Positions 20,157 to 30,044 of a stretch of DNA of 64,000 nucleotides are shown in pieces (position 1 is the stretch's first letter; every line of letters starts with the position of its first letter). The translations under genes were made by a program, and so were the position numbers. The notes beneath the pieces were generated by a model. It saw only the letters and a program-made list of their open reading frames with translations, was not told the DNA's origin and did no database searches. The DNA comes from an uncultured Gemmatimonadales bacterium (GTDB taxonomy: Bacteria; Gemmatimonadota; Gemmatimonadetes; Gemmatimonadales; GWC2-71-9): the NCBI GenBank assembly GCA_963817715.1, contig CAWFPG010000009.1:203133-267132 (forward strand). Direction: 5' to 3'.

Positions 20157-22557
20157 CGGCCAGCTCCGGGACGTCGTCGCGCAAGGTGGTGACGCCCTTT
20201 TCCACGTCGTAGCTCACTCGCACGACCCGGTCGAAGGCATCGCGCATCCCCTCCACGTGCGAGATCAGGATCACCTGGGGGAAGCGATCGGCCACGGCAC
20301 GCAGCAGGTCGATCACCGCCTGACGGCGTTCCTCGTCGAGGCCACCGAAGATCTCGTCGAGGACCAGCAGTGACAGCGGCTGCCCGGCACGATCCGCGAT
20401 CATCTGCGAGATCGCGAGTCGCAGCGCCAGGTTGACCACGTCCTCCTCGCCACCAGAGATCACCGGTTTCGCCTCGCCGTCCTCGACGATGGTCGGGACA
20501 TAGTCCTCACTCAACTCGAGGTCATCGTACCGACCGCGCGTCAGTTCCTGGAGGAAGAGCGTGGCCCGTTCGCGCAGGTCGGGACGCAGCTGCTGGTTGA
20601 GCTCGGTTCGCAACTCGCCGAGGGCGCGGTCGAGCTCGTTCCAGCGCTCGATCTCCGACGCCAGGCGGCGGGCCGTCTCCGCCTTGGCGACCCGATCCTC
20701 CTGGCGCGCCAGCGCCGCGGCACGGAGCTGGGTGGCACCGTCGATTGCCGCGACGGCCCGAGCCAGCGCGACCTCCGCCTGCTGGGCCGTCTCACGGCTC
20801 GCGGCGATGCGGGCCTCGAGCGCCCCGAACGCCTCGGCGTCCCACCCCAACGCCTCGATGCGCCGGTCGAGTTCGGTGAGGGCCACCTCCGCCTCGGTGG
20901 CGCCCTGCTCGGCCAGGGCCGCCTCGGCGACCAGCGCCTCGGCGCGCCCCGCAAGACCGCTCAGCTGGTCGTGCTCGCGCCGCACCGGCTCCAGTTCGGC
21001 CAACCGGGTCCGCACCGTCCGGTGCCGCTCGGGATCGTAGTCGACCGCCGTTCCCGCCAGCTCCCCGGCGAGCCGATCCAGTTCGGCAGCCAGGCGTTCG
21101 CGCTCCTCCCCGAGCCTGGTCCGCCTTGTGCGCACCCCTTCCGCGGTGGCCAGCACCTCCGTGGCTCGGCGGAGCTCGGCCTCCAGCTCGGTGCGCTCGG
21201 CCTCCATCGTCGCCAGTTCTTCCGGTGCGGCCTTGAGTTGCTCGACCCGCTGCCGGAAGTAATTGCCACTCGCCTCGACCTCCTCCATCTGGGCGCCGAG
21301 CAGTGCGACCGTCTTCGGAAAGTCGTCGCCCAGCGGTCGCTTGCAGAAGGGGCAGATCCCCTCGGGGCCCTCGGCCTCGAGCGTGCTGCGCTGCTCGCGC
21401 AATTCCTTGTAGCGATCGCGGTAGAAATCGAGCTTGGTCTTCGCCTCCTGCTCATCCTGCTTCCAACGCGTGCGTCGCTCGGCGATCCGCTCGTCGAGCG
21501 CGTTGCGTGCGGTGACCGCGGCGGTGCGGCGGGCCTCCAGCCCGTCGAGTGCGGCCGCGTCCGGCAACTCGCCGAGCTCGGCGTCGATCGCCTGCTGGCG
21601 GGCCAACGCAGCCTCGCGGCTCGCGACGGCACGGCTCCGGGCGGTGACCTCGGCCGCGGCCTTGTCGAGCGCGTCCCGTTCGGCCACCAATGCCGGCCAC
21701 TCGGCCAGCGAGGTGGCGAGCGGAGCGAGACGATTGCGCGCGTCGAGCGCCCCGGCCAGGTCACGATCGAGCGCAGCAAACGCGGTCCGCGCCGCGAGCA
21801 CCCGGCCCTCCGCCACCCGCCGCTCACCGTCGAGGCCCTGCCACGCGACGCGACGCTCGGTGGCCGCCTTCCACTCGGGTTCCAGCGCCTGGACCGCCTC
21901 GCGCGCCGCCGCGCTCGCCGCCTCGGTGCGCTCCCGTTCGGCCCGGGCATTCTCCAGCGCCTCGGTGGCCTGCGCCAGGACCCCGGCGAGTTCTTCGGGG
22001 TCGGCGAGGCCCTGCTCGAGGCCGGCGAGTTCGGCCCGCCGCGCGCTCCGTCGCTCACGGAGCCGTTCCTGGGCCGTGCGAAGCTTCTCGTACCCGAGCA
22101 CGCGCGACAGGAAGCGGGCGCGTTCCGCCGGCGTCATCGAGGCCATCACCGCCAGGTCCTTCTGGCCAGTGAAGTAGGTGTTGAAGAACTCGTCGCGCGA
22201 CATCCCGAGCAGCGCCGTCACCCGTTCGGTGACGGTGCCGGTGCTGTTGGCGATGACCTGACCGTCCTGGGCCAGCTCGGCATTGGTGAGGGTGCGGGTG
22301 ACCCGATAGGTGTGGAGACCGAGCGTGAACTCGAGATCGACGGCGACGCGGGCGCGAGGCGGAGCGCCGCGCCGCTTGATGGTGTCGCGAGTGCCGCGGG
22401 CCGCCGCGGTGCCGTAGAGGGCCCACGCGATCGCCTCGAGCAGGGTGGTCTTGCCCGAGCCGTTCGGACCGACGACGGCCAGCAGTCCGGGCCCGAGCGC
22501 GAGCTCGGTGCGCTCGTGCTGGCGGAAGTTGGTCAGTGCCAGGCGGAGGAGCTGCAT
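20143..22557 (-). CDS. sbcC: Rad50/SbcC SMC-family ATPase
   Basis: LTNFRQH, Walker A GPNGSGKTT, coiled coil with central CPFC zinc hook, ISGGEE signature, LVLDEIFGGLD, LISH. Confidence 0.95.
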   Translation of the reverse strand: MQLLRLALTNFRQHERTELALGPGLLAVVGPNGSGKTTLLEAIAWALYGTAAARGTRDTIKRRGAPPRARVAVDLEFTLGLHTYRVTRTLTNAELAQDGQVIANSTGTVTERVTALLGMSRDEFFNTYFTGQKDLAVMASMTPAERARFLSRVLGYEKLRTAQERLRERRSARRAELAGLEQGLADPEELAGVLAQATEALENARAERERTEAASAAAREAVQALEPEWKAATERRVAWQGLDGERRVAEGRVLAARTAFAALDRDLAGALDARNRLAPLATSLAEWPALVAERDALDKAAAEVTARSRAVASREAALARQQAIDAELGELPDAAALDGLEARRTAAVTARNALDERIAERRTRWKQDEQEAKTKLDFYRDRYKELREQRSTLEAEGPEGICPFCKRPLGDDFPKTVALLGAQMEEVEASGNYFRQRVEQLKAAPEELATMEAERTELEAELRRATEVLATAEGVRTRRTRLGEERERLAAELDRLAGELAGTAVDYDPERHRTVRTRLAELEPVRREHDQLSGLAGRAEALVAEAALAEQGATEAEVALTELDRRIEALGWDAEAFGALEARIAASRETAQQAEVALARAVAAIDGATQLRAAALARQEDRVAKAETARRLASEIERWNELDRALGELRTELNQQLRPDLRERATLFLQELTRGRYDDLELSEDYVPTIVEDGEAKPVISGGEEDVVNLALRLAISQMIADRAGQPLSLLVLDEIFGGLDEERRQAVIDLLRAVADRFPQVILISHVEGMRDAFDRVVRVSYDVEKGVTTLRDDVPELAGVAD

Positions 22558-22558
22558 C

Positions 22559-23740
22559 TCAGCTGTCGACCGTCTCGTGCTCGACCTCGTCGAGCAGCGC
22601 CACCCCATCGGCGATGAAGCGGTCCCGATCCATGCCGGCCGGCAACCGCCGCGCGGCCAGGAAGCTCTCGAGCTCCTCGGCCAGGGTGCGGCGGGCACCG
22701 GGAGCCCCCACCCCGACGGTTCGGCGGGCCGTGTCGGGACGGCGCAGGTCGAGCTGGAAGTGCAGTGCCCGCGCCTTCCATTCACGGAGCACCGCGTGAT
22801 CGAGTTCGCGTGCCACCGCCCGCGGCACGTCGCGCACCACCTGGCGCACCACAGCACCCTCGATCCCGCCGGCAACACCGTCGACGGCGCCGGCCAGGAG
22901 GCGGTCGAGCTCTGCCGCCGCCAGGTCGCGCCCCTCGAGCCACGGCAGGTCGATCACCCGGCGGGGCGCCTCGATCGGCCGGCGCATGACGGTGTCCTGA
23001 TCGAGATCGGCCAGCAGCCACCCCTTGCCGACGATCCGATCGGTGCGCTCCTCGCGCAACTCACCCCAGGGATTGGAGGAGACGTAGTCGAGTGCCCCGG
23101 CATACCAGACCCGCGGCGACACCTGGTGCTGGACGTGATAGTGCCCCAACGCCACGTAGCTCCAGTCGCCACCCTGGAGATCCGCCTCGGTGAGCAGTGC
23201 CCCGCCCGGTTCCGCGGTGGTGCGGTCCGGCCCGAAGAGGCCCGGCGTCTCGCCGTGCAGCACGAGCACCTGATGGCCGAACGCGCCGGCCGGCTCCAGG
23301 GCGGGGCGCGGCTGGGCGAAGAGTGCCTGGTGCGGCACCGCGAGAATGGCGAGGTCAAGCTCGGGGAATTCGAGCCGGCGCGGTTCCGTCAGCGCCACGT
23401 GCACGCCCAGGTCGTGGAACAGCCCGAAGATCGACACGGTGTCGGAGGAGCGCGGGGTGTCGTGGTTGCCGGCGATCAGCACCAGCGGCGCATCGGGCAG
23501 CGCCTGCCGCAGCCGGGTGAACTGGCGGAAGGCCTGCAGGATCGCGGAGTTGGTCGGGCGCACCGAATGGAAGAGATCGCCAGCGATGATCACCACATCG
23601 GGGGCCGCCTCGATCACCCCATCGACGGCACGTGCCAGCGCCAGCGCCACGTCGGCCTCACGCTGGTTGTGTCCCCGCGCGGTCAGCCGGTGATACTGGC
23701 GGAAGCCGAGGTGCGGGTCGGCAAGATGGGCGATGCGCAT
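22559..23740 (-). CDS. sbcD: Mre11/SbcD metallophosphoesterase nuclease
   Basis: HLADPHLG, IAGDLFH, AGNHD, VLHG, YVALGHYH, YAGAL. Confidence 0.95.
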   Translation of the reverse strand: MRIAHLADPHLGFRQYHRLTARGHNQREADVALALARAVDGVIEAAPDVVIIAGDLFHSVRPTNSAILQAFRQFTRLRQALPDAPLVLIAGNHDTPRSSDTVSIFGLFHDLGVHVALTEPRRLEFPELDLAILAVPHQALFAQPRPALEPAGAFGHQVLVLHGETPGLFGPDRTTAEPGGALLTEADLQGGDWSYVALGHYHVQHQVSPRVWYAGALDYVSSNPWGELREERTDRIVGKGWLLADLDQDTVMRRPIEAPRRVIDLPWLEGRDLAAAELDRLLAGAVDGVAGGIEGAVVRQVVRDVPRAVARELDHAVLREWKARALHFQLDLRRPDTARRTVGVGAPGARRTLAEELESFLAARRLPAGMDRDRFIADGVALLDEVEHETVDS

Positions 23741-23743
23741 CGA

Positions 23744-25679
23744 TCAATATGGGGCGAAGGGATCATCATCGTCGCGGGTGAGCGGCGGCAGGCCGGGCGG
23801 CAGGACACCCTGATCCACCGGGATCACCCGCCTGAGACAGGCCTGGAAGTAGGCCAGCACGTCGTCGGGCCGCTGGCGCGCCACCAGCCCCAGCGCCCGA
23901 CGCACCTCCTCCTCAGGCCGCCCCTCGATCGCCAGCTTCACCGGGTCGCCCTTGATCGCCGGATCGAGCCGCCGGAGCCGGGCCACCACCGCGTCGGCGA
24001 ACGGCAGGTCGGGCTCGGGGGGAAAGGCCTCCACCCCCTCGCGGCCCGACAGCACGGCGGGTCGCGGGAACCGCACGAAGACCGGTTGGGTGAAGTGCGG
24101 GTGACGCACCAGCAGCTCGCCCTTGGGGAGCGCCGCCAGCTTCGCCTTCACCGCTGCGGAGAAGGTGGCGTAGCCGGGCAGCGCCAGTTCATCGCCATCC
24201 ATCCGACCATAGACCGCCGTGCCGGCGTTGCCCACCACCCGACGCAACACCTGGGAACGGAATTGCTGGGCCGAGAAGAGCACCAGCCCGAGGTAGCGAC
24301 CCCGCTCGGAGAGATCGAGCAGCATCCGCTTGACGTAGGTGTCGTGCCCCTCCGCCGACGCGTACTTGTTGAGCTCGTCGACGAACACGACCACGTGATC
24401 CACTCCGAGGTCGCGGCGCTCGAGATGCTCGCGCAGGCTGGAGATCACCCGGGCGAAGACGAGGTCCTGGGCCAGCGGGTCGACGGCCGCGACATCGATC
24501 ACCGTCACCGAGCGGTCGCGAAACTCGCCCCATGGCAGGTCGTTCGCCACGGCATCGTCGGTCACCAGCCCCTTCGAGCGCGTGGCAATGTTGCCGAGCC
24601 GGTTGCGCACCTTGCGGATCGTCGCCACGTGATGGGTGCGCCACACCTCCGCCCCGCGGGTGCTCGTCTCGAGATGATCGAAGACCGCGCGGAAGAGCTC
24701 GTCGAGATCGGCAAACGACTCGACCGCGAACTCGGCATCGCGCAGCTCCGGCGCATGGAACCGCTTGCCGACCACGCGATCGGTGAGGAAGTCGATCAAC
24801 GCCCCGGCCTTGGCGTCGATGTCGTCGCGATTGAGGACCACCTCGGCATAGTCGAGGATCTCGCGCAGTCCCCACACCAGCGGCTCCACCTGGTCGCGCA
24901 ACGCGGGATGGGTGCGCAGGGTGTTGAGATTGACCCCGTCGGCCTTGTGGGGCGCATAGATCGTGACGTCGGTGAACGGTGTCGCGGTCAGGCCGAGTCG
25001 CTGCCAGAGGGCCAGGTCGTCGGCCCCGAGCGGGGCCGCCTGGTCGAGGAAGCAGAGATCGGGACCCTTCACGTTGAAGCAGACGGCCGCCACCGTCCCC
25101 TTCTCCCCGGGGAAGCGCTGGAAGATCGACGACAACAGGAAGGTGACCGCGCTGGTCTTGGTCGCCAGCCCCGACATGCCGGTGATGTTGAGATGCGCCG
25201 CCTCGGGCCCCAGCAGGAAGTCGGCGTCGAGGTAGACCGGCGCACTGGTGCCACCGGCGGCGTAGAGGCCGACCGGGATACCCGCCGCCTCGCGCGTAGC
25301 CATCCATCCGGAGCGCCACCTGCACGTCGGCGTCGTCGGCCATCGTCACGGCGCCGAACGGCACCGGTTGCATCGGTTCGTCGGGGAGCTGCCGCAACAC
25401 GGCGGCCCGCCAGAGCCGGATCTCGGCGCGGCGGGTCGGCTCGTCCTCGATCCGGGCGGGATCGCCGTCGGCACCGATCACCGCGTCGAGCGGCCTGGCC
25501 AGGTCGGCGTAGGCGAAGCCCTCGGTCACCACGCCGAACACGACACGGTTCTCGGCCTCGACCCGCACGATGCTGCCGATGCCGATCGCCACCTGGGCCG
25601 CGGTCCAGAAGTGGAAGTCGTGCGGCGTGCTGGGACGCAACTCGGTGGCGACGACGCGACCGATGTGGGCTGGTGTCAT
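23744..25679 (-). CDS. herA: HerA-family ATPase/translocase (frameshift near 25295)
   Basis: N-terminal HAS-barrel-like region (GRVVATE..PSTPHDFHFW...VFGVV); Walker A variant GMSGLATKTS; FNVKG; VVFVDELNKY; ERGRYLGLVLFSAQQ. Confidence 0.88.
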
Positions 25680-26602
25680 GCCGACCTCAGGCGGAGCCAA
25701 CGCTCCACGTCGTGAATGCCATAGAGCAGCCGATCCTGGCGCGGATCACCCGCCAGCGGGGCGCGCTCGGCCAGGAGCCAACGCGCGAGCGCGTCGGCGG
25801 TGGCGCCCGGGACCGGCGTCGGGGCGAACTCGACGCGCACCAGGCCGTGCAGCAGGTCGCGCCCCTCCCAGGGCCAGAGCCGCAGCGCCATCGCGTGGAC
25901 CGGGGCCACCCGGCGGGTCGCCGGCGCGAACACCGAGGTGCGCTGGCCCGCTGGCAGGGTGAGGTAGCACTCGAGATCGTCGCCCTCGAACGGCAGCGTC
26001 GCGTGACTCTTGATCACCCCCACCATCCGGCGGTCACTGGTCCAGTCGGGCGACACCGTGAGGGCACCATCGACCACCAGCCAGCCCTCGGGCTCCTGGC
26101 TCCGGAATCGGCGGGCCGCGGCGATCTCGAGCGCGGTGCGCGCCTCATCGACCCTGGCGCGGGCACGATCGACGTCGCCGACCGGGTGGGGCGGCTCGTC
26201 GTCGTCGACCACCATCGCTTCGGTCCCTGGCGGGAGCGCTCCCAGTGCGTCGAGCGCTGCGGCGCGCCCCACGAGCAACACCCGCTCGAGCGCCACGGCT
26301 CCGATCGAGCGCCGGTCGCATCGCCGCCGGACGCCCGCCGCGATCCGGGCGGCGAGGACCGGGGTGGTGCCGACATAGCCGAGCAGCTCGGTGCGTTGGA
26401 CTCCGTCGAGGAATGCCAGCGGCTCGCCGAGTGCCTCGGCCGCACCCGGATCGCGATGACAGAGTGGCGGCTCGACCAGCTCGGCGAGGCGGATGGCGGG
26501 TTCGTCGAGTCGGCGCCCGGCCGCCTCCGCCGGGGTGCTGGCCGGACGGCCGCCAGCCCGGGCGAGCTGGCGGCGAAGCCCCTGGAAAGCAAGCACTCGC
26601 AT
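25676..26602 (-). CDS. nurA: NurA-family 5'-3' nuclease
   Basis: AFLDGVQR, WLVVDGAL, GVIKSH, GQRTSVF, GLVRVE, D.R.DRLLYGIHDVERWLR; ATGA overlap with herA. Confidence 0.75.
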   Translation of the reverse strand: MRVLAFQGLRRQLARAGGRPASTPAEAAGRRLDEPAIRLAELVEPPLCHRDPGAAEALGEPLAFLDGVQRTELLGYVGTTPVLAARIAAGVRRRCDRRSIGAVALERVLLVGRAAALDALGALPPGTEAMVVDDDEPPHPVGDVDRARARVDEARTALEIAAARRFRSQEPEGWLVVDGALTVSPDWTSDRRMVGVIKSHATLPFEGDDLECYLTLPAGQRTSVFAPATRRVAPVHAMALRLWPWEGRDLLHGLVRVEFAPTPVPGATADALARWLLAERAPLAGDPRQDRLLYGIHDVERWLRLRSA

Positions 26603-26608
26603 CGGGCC

Positions 26609-27112
26609 TCAGGCCGTTTCCGGCTGGGGTGGCACAGCCTCGAGCCAGAACCCGGCGAGCCGGCGCGCGGCGTCGACCTCGGCCAGCAGGCGCGAGGCGA
26701 CCCGGATCGGCTCGACTGCCCGACGGGTCCCGATGCGCAGGTGGAAGGTCCGCTCCGCCGGATCGGCGGTGACCGAGAGCGCGGTGTCGAACTCGAGCGC
26801 TGCGGTGCCCCGCTGCGCCGTGCGCGACGGCACCACCACGAGTCCTGCCGGCGCGTCGGACGGCGGGGCCAGTCCCTCGAGCACCACGATCTCCGGCCAG
26901 ACCACAACATCGAGGCCGCAGAGGACGCCACCCACGACCTCGAGCACGGCGATCGAGCCCTCCTCGTCGTTGAGCTCGACCGTGCCGGTGTAGCCGGCCT
27001 GACCGGTCTCGGGGGCGAAGGCGCCGGAGAGGATGTCGGTCTCGCGATCCCAGCGCCACGACAGCCCCGGCGGAGATCCCGCCACCGGCAGGACGTGCAC
27101 ATCCACCGCCAT
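26609..27112 (-). CDS. Hypothetical protein with two DUF2283-like repeats
   Basis: TGATG overlap with the aminotransferase; halves WRWDRETDILSGAF...VLEVVGGVLCGLDV and VTADPAERTFHLRIG...AEVDAARRLAGFWL. Confidence 0.65.
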   Translation of the reverse strand: MAVDVHVLPVAGSPPGLSWRWDRETDILSGAFAPETGQAGYTGTVELNDEEGSIAVLEVVGGVLCGLDVVVWPEIVVLEGLAPPSDAPAGLVVVPSRTAQRGTAALEFDTALSVTADPAERTFHLRIGTRRAVEPIRVASRLLAEVDAARRLAGFWLEAVPPQPETA

Positions 27113-28317
27113 CAGGCGGCGCCGTCGAGGCCATCGATGAACCGCACCAGCCGGTCCACCGCGCTCTCGAGCTCGAGATCGGAGACGCTGTAGGAGAGTC
27201 GCACCCAGCGGTCGTCGCCAAACGCCGCGCCCGGCACCAGGGCGACGCCCTCGTCGGCCATCAACCGCTCGCAGAACGGCACCCCGCGCATCGGCTCGCC
27301 CTGCCGGAGCCCATCGACCCGGAAGAGGAGATAGAACGCGCCGTGCGGCTCGACAAACTCGATCCCCGGCACCTGATCCTGGAACCGCGCCACGAGGTAA
27401 TCGCGCCGTCGACGGAACGCGGCGACCATCCGGTCGACGTCGGCATCGACGGCCGGATCGCTGAACGCCGTGGCGGCCGCCCACATCGCGGGATGGTTGG
27501 CGCCGGTGGTGGTGTGGCTCTGCAGCGCGGCCATCGCCTTGTGCACCGCGGGCGGGACGTGGGCCGCCCCGATTCGCCAGCCGGTCATCGCATACGCCTT
27601 CGACACGCCGAAGATCACCACCGCGCGCTCGAGGGCATCGTCGTCGAGGTCGAACAGCGACGGCGCCGGACCCGGGCCGTAGTGGATTCGCCGGTAGATC
27701 TCGTCGCTGATCAGCCAGAGCCCGTGCTGGCGGGTCCACTCGCTGATCGCCCCGACCTCGGCCGCAGTGTAGACCGCGCCGGTCGGGTTGCAGGGCGAGC
27801 AGAGAATCACCCCGCGGGTCGCCTCGTCGCGATGCCGCTCGAGGTCGTCGACGCTCACCTTGAGGCCCCATTCCGGGTCGCCGGGCACCGGCACCGGCTC
27901 GGCACGAGCGAGATGCACGATCTGGGGATACGACACCCATGCGGGAGACGGGATCAGCACCTTGTCGCCGGGGCCGAAGAGCGTGAAGCAGGCATTGAAC
28001 AGCGCCTGCTTGGAGCCATTGCTCACCAGCAGCCGGGCTGGGTCGACGGGGCGTCCAGCACTCATCCGCGAGAGCGAGCCGGCCATCGCCTCGCGCAACT
28101 CGGGAATGCCGATGTTGGGCGGATAGCGGGTCTTGCCGGCGCGGATCGCCGCGATCCCCGCCTCGCGGATCGGCTCGGGGGTGTCGAAGTCGGGCTCGCC
28201 GACACCGAGGTCGAGCACATCCTCGCCTGCCGCCTTGCGTCGCTTGGCTTCGTTGCTGATGGCCACCGTCTCGGAGGCCTTGAGATATGCGAGGTTGGCG
28301 GACGGCTGAAATGGCAT
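27112..28317 (-). CDS. Aspartate aminotransferase-like (class I/II)
   Basis: LGVGEPDFDTP, NGSKQAL, CSPCNPTGAVY, SDEIY, GVSKAYAMTGWRIG, VPGAAFG..VRLSY. Confidence 0.92.
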   Translation of the reverse strand: MPFQPSANLAYLKASETVAISNEAKRRKAAGEDVLDLGVGEPDFDTPEPIREAGIAAIRAGKTRYPPNIGIPELREAMAGSLSRMSAGRPVDPARLLVSNGSKQALFNACFTLFGPGDKVLIPSPAWVSYPQIVHLARAEPVPVPGDPEWGLKVSVDDLERHRDEATRGVILCSPCNPTGAVYTAAEVGAISEWTRQHGLWLISDEIYRRIHYGPGPAPSLFDLDDDALERAVVIFGVSKAYAMTGWRIGAAHVPPAVHKAMAALQSHTTTGANHPAMWAAATAFSDPAVDADVDRMVAAFRRRRDYLVARFQDQVPGIEFVEPHGAFYLLFRVDGLRQGEPMRGVPFCERLMADEGVALVPGAAFGDDRWVRLSYSVSDLELESAVDRLVRFIDGLDGAA

Positions 28318-28360
28318 CGGCAGTTCCGGTGCGGAGCGATCGGGTGGATGGGGATGCGGA

Positions 28361-28389
28361 AAGGTCCGCCCCTCCCGGCCGGGTGTCAA
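28361..28389 (-). promoter_or_regulatory. Candidate promoter TTGACA-N17-GACCTT for the aminotransferase-nurA-herA-sbcD-sbcC unit
   Basis: Perfect -35 (plus-strand tgtcaa at 28384-28389), weak -10. Confidence 0.4.
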
Positions 28390-28403
28390 CGTCGCCGATG
28401 CTC

Positions 28404-28432
28404 TTGGCCGTCGGCGATTCGGCGGCTACGAT
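28404..28432 (+). promoter_or_regulatory. Candidate promoter TTGGCC-N17-TACGAT
   Basis: Hexamers at 28404-28409 and 28427-28432, upstream of the DbpA-domain gene. Confidence 0.35.
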
Positions 28433-28479
28433 TCCCGCGCGCCATCCAGGCGCGGCACGACTTGACAATCGAGGGCGGC

Positions 28480-29961
28480 GTGACGCACGAGGACTGGTGG
28501 GGGCTGGCACCCGAAGTGGTGGCCACCCTGCAGCAACGGGGATGGACCGAACAGGACGACGCGATCCGGCAGGTGCTGCCGGCGGTCGCGCGACACGGCA
28601 ACGCGGTGGTGGCAGTGCCGCCGTCGCCGGCACGCGCGGCACCTGCCCTCGCGGGGATGACCGCCGCTGTGGCGACCAGCCGCGGCCGCGGGCTGATCCT
28701 CGCTGCCCCGGCAATGGTCGAGGCGCTGGGCAGGGAAATCGGCGCCCTTGCCGCCGCCACCGAACTGCGGGTGGTGACCGCGACCGGACCGGCTCGCGCC
28801 GCCCGGCATCTGGCCGCCGACACCGTCGACCTGCTGATCACCTCGCCGGCCACCGCCCTGGCGCTGCACACCAAGTCGGCCCTGGCCATCGACCGGATCA
28901 CCGCGGTCGCCATGGCCTGGCCCGAGGACTGGAGCGCCGAGGAGGCGCTCACCGTGCTGCTGGCCGAGTTGCCCAAGACGGCCCAGCGACTGGTCCTCAC
29001 CGGCGAGCCCCGAAAGGTGGTCGAGCTGGTCGAGCGCCACGTCCGCCGCTCCCTCACCGTCGGCTTCGGCGACGCGACCACCGCCGAAGCCGAGGCGCCA
29101 CGCTCGCTGCGCACCTTCAGCGTCAGCTGGCCCGGCAGGGCCGCGGCGATCGGGACGCTCCTCGAGTTGCTCGATCCGGCGGCTCTGGCGATCTGGACCG
29201 CCGACGGGGGCTCGGTGGCCGAGTTGCGACTGGCGGCAGCCGAGCTGCCCGAGACCGAGGTGCTGGTGCGGGAGGCACCGTCCGCCAGCCTGGTCATCTG
29301 CCACGACCTGCCAACCCCGGCCGAGCTCGCCGATCTGGGCGCGGGCCGTGACGTGGTCCTCCTGGTCCCGCCGGGCACCGAGGGCTACCTGGCGCGGATC
29401 GCCCCCGCCGCCCAGGCCATCCGGGTGGAGGGATCGATCGACCGGCTCCGCGACCAGGATGCCGTGATCCGGAGCGCGATCGCCGATCGGATCGAGCACC
29501 ACGACCTGCGACCCGCCGCCTACGTGATCGCCCCGCTGCTCGACCGCCACGATCCGCAGGCGATCGCGGCGGCGTGCTACGGCCTCTGGCGTGAGGCCCT
29601 GGCGGCGGGCCCGGCACCCGGGCGCCCGGGCGAGGCGGCCACCGATCCGGTGGCAACCCCGGTGGGGGGCGTGGCGAATTCCCGGCTCTGGGTCGGGGTC
29701 GGCCGCCGCGACGATGCGACGCCCGGTGACCTGGTGGCGGTGCTGATCAAGGAGGTCGGCATGGCCCGAGAGGCGATCGGACGGATCGAACTGCGGGAGA
29801 CCTTCTCACTGGTCGAAGTCCCTGCGGCCGAGGCCGATCGGGTCGCCGAGCGGCTGACCGGCCTCACCATCCGCCGCCGAAAGCTGGTGGCGAGGGTCGA
29901 CCGGGGCGCCCCGGGGCGGGGGGCTCCGCGGGGGGGCGGGCGGCCCCCGAGCCGCCGCTGA
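28480..29961 (+). CDS. Degenerate DEAD-box helicase-like protein with C-terminal DbpA RNA-binding domain
   Basis: RLWVGVGRRD..TPGDLV...IGRIELRETFSLVEVP DbpA domain plus RG-rich tail. RecA-like remnants (GLILAP, DLLITSP) but no GxGKT, DEAD or HRIGR. Confidence 0.75.
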   Translation: MTHEDWWGLAPEVVATLQQRGWTEQDDAIRQVLPAVARHGNAVVAVPPSPARAAPALAGMTAAVATSRGRGLILAAPAMVEALGREIGALAAATELRVVTATGPARAARHLAADTVDLLITSPATALALHTKSALAIDRITAVAMAWPEDWSAEEALTVLLAELPKTAQRLVLTGEPRKVVELVERHVRRSLTVGFGDATTAEAEAPRSLRTFSVSWPGRAAAIGTLLELLDPAALAIWTADGGSVAELRLAAAELPETEVLVREAPSASLVICHDLPTPAELADLGAGRDVVLLVPPGTEGYLARIAPAAQAIRVEGSIDRLRDQDAVIRSAIADRIEHHDLRPAAYVIAPLLDRHDPQAIAAACYGLWREALAAGPAPGRPGEAATDPVATPVGGVANSRLWVGVGRRDDATPGDLVAVLIKEVGMAREAIGRIELRETFSLVEVPAAEADRVAERLTGLTIRRRKLVARVDRGAPGRGAPRGGGRPPSRR

Positions 29962-29980
29962 GGCACCCCCGGGAACGCTG

Positions 29981-30006
29981 ACGGGCCGCCCAGCGGGGCG
30001 GCCCGT
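29981..30006. terminator. GC hairpin between convergent genes
   Basis: ACGGGCCGCCC-agcg-GGGCGGCCCGT, 11-bp stem, no U tract. Confidence 0.5.
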
Positions 30007-30044
30007 AGTCATGCGAGGAGAGGGATGACCGGTCAAACAGGGCC

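Noticed and set aside
25285-25305. herA split into two ORFs
   Set aside because: A single indel in a gcgcg run joins the HAS-barrel and ATPase parts seamlessly; there is no slippery heptamer or RBS. Treated as a sequencing error.
20143-26602. HerA plus nuclease plus SMC as an anti-phage system (Sir2-HerA, Wadjet, Lamassu)
   Set aside because: The partners are Mre11/Rad50 with a zinc hook and NurA; there are no Sir2, kleisin/KITE or effector genes, and no island signature.
22445-27193. 1582-aa plus-strand ORF and other very long antisense ORFs (e.g. 58938-61658, 32262-34550)
   Set aside because: Shadow ORFs opposite real genes; stop codons are scarce in high-GC DNA and the translations have no recognisable motifs.
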